Program-made: the position numbers and the translations under genes | In this document: positions 55,499 to 64,000 of the stretch, one piece after another | How the letters are laid out: each line of letters begins with the position of its first letter | Numbering within the stretch: position 1 is the stretch's first letter | The notes under the pieces: generated by a model | Database searches by the model: none | The model's input: only the letters and a program-made list of their open reading frames with translations | What the model was told of the DNA's origin: nothing | Assembly: GCF_964355755.1 (NCBI RefSeq) | Contig: NC_092675.1 | Coordinates: 28,616,912 to 28,680,911 of the forward strand | DNA length: 64,000 nt | Reading direction: 5' to 3' | Source of the DNA: Antedon mediterranea | Lineage: Eukaryota > Animalia > Echinodermata

Positions 55499-57007
55499 CG
55501 GTATAGAAGTCGTCAGTTGTCATTGTGTGTCGCGATTGTATCATCTGGCTTTCTGAAACACCATGACGATGTGTGACGTAGGCCAGAGTTATTCAAGCGA
55601 AGCGAAGCAACTATGACTTTTCTGCGCATGCGCGTGTCATTGATTACGTCAGGGAAAATTGTTTATTTGATGAGCAACTGTTTATCGGGGATTAAGTCTT
55701 ATCTATTTTACTTCCTGTCGGAAAAGTAGACTGATCAAAAGAACATACTATGATGTTACTCCATCTAATAACAACTCCCTGTTTAAATCTAGTAGTTCGT
55801 AAATGATCAACTGTACTAAAATAATAACTGATTTGATGTGCAGAGTTTCTATTATATAAATCAAAAACAAATTAAGTACACATAATTCGTATAGTTTATG
55901 AACATCTAGAATATTAAGTTGCTTAAATATCGGAGATGACGAAAAATCAGAAAAAGTTATACACCGCATACACATTTTTTGAATGACACAAATAGGTTGT
56001 AAATATGTTTTATACGTGCTACCCCAAACTTCTATGCCATAAGTGATACTTGGTTGTATAATCATTTTATATAATAAGATTAATATATCTGTGGGTACAA
56101 CATATCTTAGCTTAAATAAAATGCCTGCCTTCTTTCTAATATTGTTTTTAACATCGTTAATATGACTATTCCAAATTAAATGTTTATCAATCTTAACACC
56201 AACAAACTTTACTTCTTCTGCTTCATTAAGTTGTTTATGTTTTACGTATATATTACCGTTAGTAGAAACATTTTTATTCCTGTTACAGAATACAATATAA
56301 TTTGTTTTACCAACGTTAATAGTTAATTTGTTTGCATTGCACCATTCAATGACATGTTGAAAATTATAATTAATTATAGAGAGATCAATATTATTGCCAG
56401 AGAAATCATGAAATAAATTAGTATCATCTGCAAACAGCCTAAATTCAAAACAATTAGTAGAATGAGAAATATCATTTATGTAGATCAGAAACAGGGTTGG
56501 ACCCAATACTGATCCTTGTGGGACTCCACATGAGATTGGGAGTTTATCAGAACTAATTTGGTCAGCAGCCACATATTGAAATCTTCCTTTTAAATAGTCG
56601 GTTAACCAATATAATGGTTGATGACCTCTTATTCCATAGTGTTGTAGTTTAGATATTAATATTTCATGATTAATCGTGTCGAATGCTTTCATAAAGTCTA
56701 TAAATATGCCAATAGAATTATTTCCATCATCGAATTGTTGTAGAAGATGGTTAACTAAATTTATAAGTGACAATTTTGTGCTGTATTTTTCTCTAAACCC
56801 GTATTGATGCTGATGAAATATATTAAACTTTTCAAAGAAATATATAAGTCTATTATTTACAATTTTTTCGAGAATTTTGCTAAGAATTGGTAAAATTGAT
56901 ATGGGTCGATAATGTCCAGGATTATCCTTGGAACCTTTCTTAAATAAGGGAATGACTCTGGCTGTTTTAAATGAATCTGGGAATTTACCTTGAGAAAACG
57001 ATAAATT

Positions 57008-57723
57008 AACAAGGCCAACAGCCATTAAGTCGCGTGCTACAATGCATAGTGATACCGGACCGACAGACAGACCCACAGACAGACCGACAGACAGACAGAC
57101 AGAGAGACCGACCGACCGACATAGTGAACTATACTGACCGAAATTACTGAACATGTTTAAAAATGTTGAAATGTTTAAAAACATTTATTTTTTTTAATTT
57201 ACACGTGCGTAGCCTGTCACTTTCGACGTGCTCGTATAACGTAATTTCGAGTTGAAAAGTAAGTCAAGAAAACAGAAATCGGGCAAAAAGAGTGCGCAAT
57301 AACATTTAACGCGCAGTGCGCGCGCAAAAATATGCGCACTCATGGCAATTTTGTAAACGCTTAAAATTGCCTGAAATGTACTCTTATTTCATCGAAAATA
57401 AATTTTGAAAATGTTAAGCGCGCGTACGCATGCGTTACATGCGCTACGCACGTAATTGTATTGCCATATGATGATATTTTATGCCCTGAAATTTATGAGT
57501 ACCAAATTTTATTTAATTGTGATTCATGGTTGTGAAGATATGATTACAAACGTGATTTCGTTAAATCGTGCGTAGACCGCGTAATTTTTTATTGCGCACC
57601 GTGAAAACATAACCACATTGATTCCTGGCCATAAGGAATATACTGTGAAAAATTGACCTAGCTAGATTAAACTGATATCAAGATAAGGTCAGAAAGCGAT
57701 AAAACGCATAGTGATACCGGACC

Positions 57724-57758
<35 letters not shown>

Positions 57759-57851
57759 CGACAGACAGACCGACAGACAGACCGACAGACAGACCGACAG
57801 ACCGACCGACTGACATAGTGAACTATAGAGTCGCTTCCACGCGACTAAAAA
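57008..57851 (-). mobile_element. HINE/DINE-1-like element, copy 2
   Basis: Near-identical reverse complement of 50967-51738. Confidence 0.85.
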
Positions 57852-57962
57852 TGTAAGCTAATGGTATGGCAATGTACAAACGCGTTACGTCGTGCACTGT
57901 GTATCGAAGTACGCTATACAGCAAAAGGGTACGAATAATGTTGGCGATCTATTGTTTGTATG

Positions 57963-58717
57963 GGGTGTCTAGAAAACTGAGATCTAGAAAACTCAGATCT
58001 CAGATATATCTGAGTTTTCTAGATCTAGAAAACTCAGATATCTGAGTTTTCTAGATCTAGAAAACTCGGATATCAATATCTGACTTTTCTAGTTCCAGAA
58101 TGGAACTAGAAAACTCAGATCATCATTTGATTGGTTGGTAGGTCATTTGGATCGTTCCATTATTAATCAGCAGGTAGGTCATTTGAAATACTAGAGTATT
58201 GTTAAAACTGATTATTGTATACTAATATTGTAACATGTAGAAGCGGCCTACGGCTTAAATCATAAAGAAAATACAGTGCACGTTACCGTTAAAATGTAGG
58301 CTTAAAAATTAGGTATGTACGAGTTGGTGTGGGTACGAGTTGGTTGAGGTACGAGTTAGCCAAGTTGGGAATAGGGTACGAGTTATTTTGGGTACGAGTT
58401 GACCACTTCTAGCCTAGTAGGGCCAGGCCTACTCTTTGCAATACATCGCATTTTAAAATGTGTATACTGTTACAATAATTATTATTATTAATAAGAAAAC
58501 GTATAATACTGTAGTATTTCAAACAAGCTTCCCTCTATTAATAATGGATCGACCCATTTGATGATCTGAGTTTTGGTTCCATTTTGGAACTAGAAAACTC
58601 AGATCTTGATATCTGAGTTTCCTAGATCTAGAAAAGTCAGATCTGAGTTTTCTAGAGCTAGAAAACTCAGATATATCTGAGATCTGAGTTTTCTAGATCT
58701 GAATTTTCTAGACAGCC
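57963..58717. mobile_element. MITE with 9-bp TSD (MULE/Merlin-like)
   Basis: gggtgtctagaaaa..ttttctagacagcc termini, agaaaactcagat subrepeats, TSD gtttgtatg; internal ggtacgagtt repeats. Confidence 0.85.
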
Positions 58718-59064
58718 GTTTGTATGTTCGATTTTTTAATTTACGATTAACCCTCTGTACCGTCGGGTGCCTAAAATGTACGTTTCACTGTAGGCTCGCC
58801 TACTGTAGCCCACATTATTAAACAAAAATGTGCCATTTTCGTTTAGCCAACATCTTATTATAGCTAAATTATTACATTTCCAATGTCCTGTATATCATGA
58901 ACTGCTCATTGTAAATCGAAAGTCCAGATGGTACGCACGAATATTATACATCTGGGAAATATTCCCCGACGGAAAATGGTCTACGCTTGCGGACACATTC
59001 CCCTCCAAATAAAATAACCACTTTTTTTAGGCCTCTAGGCTTAATATTTTTATAAGTATAAGTG

Positions 59065-59760
59065 TAATTTTTGAAGACCTGCAGCTCCAGTTTTCAAAAT
59101 TTTCTTAGCTCAGCCCCAAATATAGAGCTGGTCATTCATATTTCAAAGTACAATACAGTCAGTGCACTGTCTGGGGACCTAGAGCTCTTTTTTTTTCAAT
59201 TTTGTTTTTATATCTCAGTCCCAACCATGGTACGGCTGGTTCTGGAGACTTACCGGTATATTTTGTATAATAAGTCCAATTTCCGGAACCTACCAACTCT
59301 AGCTCCACCCCAACCATGGTGGACTGGTCCTGTAGACCTATAATTTAGTTTCATATTTCAATGTTTGGCAGGGACCTAGCAGCTCTATTTTTCACAATTT
59401 CCTTAGCTCCACAATCCATGGCGGGCTAGTCCTGTATAGACTTATAATTTCGTTTCATTTATCAATAGGGCCTCTTTCCAGGGACCTGGCAGTTCTATTT
59501 TTCACAATTTTCTTAGCAGCTCAACCCTAATGGTAGGGCTGGTCCTTACTTATATATTTTGTTTCCTTTTTCGAAATACTATCCAATTTCTAGATTCCTA
59601 ACAATTCTATTTTTCTAAATGTTCTTAGCTCCATCCCAACCTCGGTTGGCTGGTTCTCTGTAGACTTGTAATTTCGTTTCATATATCAATGTATAATTGC
59701 AATTTCCGGGGACTTAGCAACTCTATTTTTCAAAATGTTCTTACCGATCAGCCCATGGGT
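59065..59760. repeat. Degenerate tandem repeat of about 100-125 bp, about 7 copies, likely within a non-autonomous DNA element
   Basis: Recurrent gggacctagcagctctatttttc..ttcttagctc..ccaaccatggt..gctggtc. Confidence 0.75.
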
Positions 59761-60218
59761 GGTAGTCTCGCGCATTTGCAATTTTCGCACCTCTAGACAG
59801 TAAACAGTCCCTGCGATTAACAATATACTTCTTGGCCCATGGGTAGATTTTACGTTCGTGTATATTTTCTATTATAGGCATATTGAACTTTAAAAACTTC
59901 ATTTTTAAAATTGAAAGAATGTATTTACACAGTCATCGCAACGGACTTTTTCACACAGTATTTTATTTATGTACCATAAAAAATGGAAAAGGTTGGATAC
60001 CCTAAATCTTATTAAAACGGCCTCAAATTAGCTATAACGCGTTGCCTGGACTCTCACCCCTTGGCGTCCCCCAGGCCCCCAGCCTAGTGATGCTTGCTTC
60101 ACTTACATAGCCCCCCCCCCCCCCCTCCCCCCACCATGGGGTAACATAAACATGTAAATTATATTTTGTGGAGATACATGGTTTTAACAACATTAGCCTA
60201 CATATGATATTATATGAG

Positions 60219-60648
60219 TGTCACGAACTCCTCTTACGTATGTTTCCGAGCGGTTGAAAATATTAGGAACTCCCTTGTGACATAAAAGTATACACACAAA
60301 ATCCACAAAGATGTAAAATAACTCAAAAGCTTTAATTTCAATCAACTTCAGCTTTCAACAATCCAGTAAGCACTTTAAACAACAGCTTCACAATAACTTT
60401 TACAATCGAATATCCAACAACCTTACAATAGTTTTACATCCCTTTATATACAAGATGTTCCTATCCTTCTAGATCATTCTTTATACTTCTTATTCTATTG
60501 GATTACAGTTTCTATTAATAGCATACTGGAATGTTCCTGATTGTTCTTATAATAATTATACATGGTTTCTTAAATCAAAACATCTTATTCTAGAATGTTC
60601 TTGTAGATACTAAGTAACTGTATCTGTTATGAATGGTAATTTATTACA
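60219..60648. mobile_element. Solo LTR (430 bp)
   Basis: tgtcac..attaca termini, 5-bp TSD atgag; paralogous empty site near 49715. Confidence 0.85.
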
Positions 60649-61083
60649 ATGAGAGAGAACTTGTTCACGTCCGTCTCTCATGACATCCAATGACTTATTG
60701 TTTGTTTAAACTTTAGTGCTAATTTTTTAAACAGTGAACAAGTATTATGTCCCCTTAAATACATGGCTTCACTAACGACAAAGTCACTACAATTTGATCA
60801 TCTCCAGTTTTAGACAATGACTAAATTTGGCATAATCCAGTGAAGAGAAAATTCCAGTTGAAAAATTATAGTTTAAAAAATCCAGTTGGAATTAACCGGT
60901 TCGAATTTAAATTGGTTACTTGTTTACCGGTACAAAACTGATTTTAATTGATATTTTAAAATTACCATTTGATTTTCATTGGCGTCAACAATCAGTTAAA
61001 ACCAGTTTACCTTTAATTTTGTATTTAGGCCTACAGGTGTCCGAAGGGAATTGATTTGATTTTTACTTTTACTTTGTTAACAG

Positions 61084-61155
61084 ATATTTGGATAGCAACA
61101 AAATTAGTAATTTATCAGCTGATATATTTCATGGATTGGAAAATTTGCAAAAGTT
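61084..61155 (+). CDS. LRR exon H (72 bp): YLDSNKISNLSADIFHGLENLQKL
   Basis: aacag acceptor, gtaagt donor. Confidence 0.9.
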
Positions 61156-61286
61156 GTAAGTTTGTTGATGATCATCATAGTTGATAGTACTAAATTATTG
61201 TAATAATTGTGAAATTTCTAATGTAAGTTCAAATTAAAACAAATATTTTTCTCCTGGGAATGATTTTTGTTCTTAATTGTTAACAG

Positions 61287-61361
61287 ATATTTAGAAAACA
61301 ACTCTATAACTACCATAGAGTATGGTGCATTTACTCCATTTGCTTCATCACTTTTATTTCT
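61287..61361 (+). CDS. LRR exon I (75 bp): YLENNSITTIEYGAFTPFASSLLFL
   Basis: aacag acceptor, gtaagt donor; divergent 25-aa LRR. Confidence 0.85.
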
Positions 61362-61732
61362 GTAAGTACATCATTTTTATGTTATTATATAGATATATTA
61401 TTATAGATAAAAATACATACGTTTTTTTTCAATTACCACGTTGTCATGATTAATCAACTAATATTTAGTTTCACTCAAAGGAAATATTGCAGTCATTCAC
61501 CAGTATTTATAAGCAGTGAGTGCAACTATTGTGAATATTATTGATAACGTAGCTGGCATGAACAATACTATTTTCACATTTGCATACATAACTGTGAACT
61601 CATCATAGTACTTAAAAAGTAGGAAAATAAACTACAGTAATAAAAACATCAGTAAATCATTTACTTTACTTTAGACCCAGGATAATTTAAAATTGTCAAA
61701 TGAACACATTTATTATTAATATCATCAAACAG

Positions 61733-61804
61733 GAACCTGACATACAACAACTTGAAAGATTATGAAGACAAGACTTTTAAAGAGTTGGTAAATTTAACAC
61801 ATTT
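61733..61804 (+). CDS. LRR exon J (72 bp): NLTYNNLKDYEDKTFKELVNLTHL
   Basis: aacag acceptor, gtgagt donor. Confidence 0.8.
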
Positions 61805-62301
61805 GTGAGTATTTCTAATTTAGGCCTATTTGACGTTCAAGTGTTCATACAACATAAAAAGAAAAAAATATATACGCAATATGCATTATCCTTTGAAAGA
61901 TAAAGATTGTCTTCGATGAAGTTCGGTATAAGTTCTTTATGTGATAAAAGAAATGCTAAATTTTGAGGAAAGTATAGACGATTTTCGTGCTACGGAAGCC
62001 ATCTTGCAACCAAGCGTAAAAAAAAATAACATAGCATTGGATTTCAGGATACAATTTAATTTAAAAATCGTAAGAAAAGAACTGTAAAACTGTAAAAGAT
62101 TTGCCTATGTCACTGTATGATGGAAAACAATTAGACAATTATGTTTTCATCGCTTAAAATCCATCGAAAAAACACCACAGTGTAAGCATAGGCGTTGCAA
62201 TCGTCTATATTGGAATTCATTTATACATATAAATATTTAAATAGAATGCGATACACAATGAAACAAATATATACTATAATATACTATATCCTTTTTTACA
62301 G

Positions 62302-63289
62302 CTATTCAGATTTTTTCCATCTTTGCTGTGTTGTTGGCAACATTGATGTCTGTGAGCCAACTGATGCTTTTGCGTCATGTCAAGATCTACTGAAAAGAAA
62401 ATCGCTTCGGGCGTTGATGCTGGTCATTGGCATATCCTCCATTATTGGCAATGCACTTGTTCTCATATCAAGGTGTTGCTGCAATAAAGAGAAAACCGTT
62501 GATTCCATGCTGATCACCAGTCTTGCCATCTCTGATCTATTTATGGCAGTGTATCTGCTAATTATTGCAGGGGCTGATATTCACTATAGAGATAGATACT
62601 CAGAAGTTCTAGAATATTGGAAAAGTAGTTTCACTTGCAGTTTTGCAGGTGCTATTTCTACTCTTTCCAGCGAATGTTCCGTGTTTACATTGATGGTTAT
62701 GAGCGTTGACCGCGCTGTAAACATTGTCACTCCTTTCAGCACTAGACGTCTCAGTCGTAAGACCTGTAAAATAGTCATCGTCATTGCTTGGGTTGTTATT
62801 GCTGCTATCAGTTTCCTTCCGGTAGCTGCAAATAAACTCAGCTTTATAAACCTGCCTTACTTCGGAGAGAACTATTACGGTAAACAGAGTGTCTGCCTTC
62901 CGTTACCGCTAACTCGAAGCCACTTACCAGGCTGGGAGTACGCCACTGCTATCTTCATTGCATTTAACGGTTTCGGTTTCTTGGTCATGGTCATCAGTTA
63001 TCTCACAATATTTTTTTCTGTTAAACGGTCAGCAGTGACTGTTAACAGAAGGAGAAGACTTGCAGAACAGTTGCGAATTGCACGGAAACTAGTGTTTATA
63101 ATTGGTACAGATTTTTGTTGCTGGTTTCCCATCATTTTGATGGGAATTTGCTCGGAAACTAAACATTGGGATATCCCGGCAGAAATGTATGTTTGGACAG
63201 CCACCTTCATTTTACCGATTAACTCGGCAGTTAATCCGTATCTGTACACAATCGTCTATACATGTTCAAGCGACAAAACTAAACGCTAA
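62302..63289 (+). CDS. Terminal exon: LGR hinge plus 7TM rhodopsin-class GPCR domain
   Basis: ttttacag acceptor at 62301. Hinge SDFFHLCC..CEPTDAFASCQDLL, then GN (TM1), LAISDLFM, MSVDR, CLPL, TDFCCWFP, LPINSAVNPYLY, all hallmarks of RXFP/GRL101-type receptors. Confidence 0.93.
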
Positions 63290-63578
63290 AGCTTGGTCAG
63301 TGGAGGTTATATTATTATTATTATATTTTTAATTCACATTTTTATTATATACTTATATCTGCTTGAATATTTTATTCTAGTTCTTACTTTTTTAAATGTT
63401 ATTTCAAAATTAATACAGTATTTCATCAAATAGATTATAAAAATGTACAGTAAATTTTTCAATGTTATTTCAAAATAATACAGTATTTCATCAAATAGGT
63501 TATATAAAATGTACAGTAAATTTTTATACCCTTAAATAATATTGATTAGAATCTGCTTTAAGCCTAATTAAATATCAT

Positions 63579-63728
63579 CAGTGGCGTATCACAGAGGTAT
63601 GAGGCACTTCTAAGTGGCCTCGGGCGTTTTTAGCCCTTTCGGCATATTTTAATACCTGTTTTTTTGTTTGTCTGGGTACTGTCCATGGGCCCCATAAGCT
63701 CCGGGGGCTCACATCCGTTACGCCACTG
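63579..63728. mobile_element. 150-bp hAT MITE
   Basis: TIR cagtggcgta/tacgccactg, 8-bp TSD aatatcat. Confidence 0.9.
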
Positions 63729-64000
63729 AATATCATCAAGGCTAGAATGAACAAATTTAAAGAGGAAGGTCGAAATGGTTCCAATCGTTATGTAACGAAT
63801 AAACAAAGATTAGTGAAATTATTTTCACTTTTCACTATTTTTTTTCTTTTAAATTGATCAACCCCACCCACGATATTACAGTTGTACAGTATTCGATTTT
63901 GTTTTAATTCTATTGAATACGTGTGATCATTGTATGTAACATAAGACATGCATATTTACACTGATATTTTTCAAGATTCACACTTCAACAGAAATACAAA

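Larger units (their letters stand above)
53234..55781. mobile_element. Internally deleted P-like DNA transposon with two convergent gene remnants
   Basis: About 30-bp TIR cagggagttgttattagatggagtaaca; 7-bp TSD tttaaat. Confidence 0.85.
52742..57880 (-). mobile_element. CR1/L2-group LINE #3; pieces at 52742-53226, 55789-57007 and 57851-57880
   Basis: RT YRPISIL, FIDFMKAFD, GVPQGSVLGP, FADDT; aataaa+(ttgaa)n tail. Confidence 0.9.

Noticed and set aside
53234-55781. A true ProtoRAG/Transib element
   Set aside because: Termini are CAGGG rather than CAC heptamer-like, the TSD is 7 bp rather than 5 bp, and there is no RAG1 core or kelch repeats
57008-57184. SVGL/SVCL repeat N-terminus fused to the RT ORF 55748-57184
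   Set aside because: Chance read-through from an inserted HINE microsatellite
62195-62301. N-terminal 36 aa of the 364-aa ORF as the protein start
   Set aside because: Intronic read-through: there is a clear acceptor at 62301 in phase with the LRR exons

Overview
AT-rich eukaryotic DNA, most likely from a marine invertebrate (inferred from the TE repertoire and receptor type). The only host gene I can support is on the + strand: an LRR-containing rhodopsin-class GPCR (LGR type C / GRL101-RXFP-like). Nine intact LRR exons of 72-75 bp, all phase 2-2, run from 7087 to 61804, followed by one hinge+7TM exon (62302-63289). The gene's 5' end was not found. Six LRR exons are recent tandem duplicates: their scaffold and introns are nearly identical, but the beta-strand (concave-face) codons beside the splice junction are hypervariable, suggesting a diversifying recognition receptor. 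Most of the remaining sequence is decayed transposons nested in the introns. A roughly 300-bp intron was inflated to about 40 kb by an L1/Tx1 element containing Gypsy, CR1/L2-type LINEs, a Helentron, a solo LTR and MITEs, up to five levels deep. A second candidate system is a P-like element (CAGGG TIRs, 7-bp TSD) carrying a RAG1-N-terminal-like zinc finger and a convergent PHD gene, together with two 17-nt-type excision footprints. Coordinates were read by eye and may be off by a few bases.
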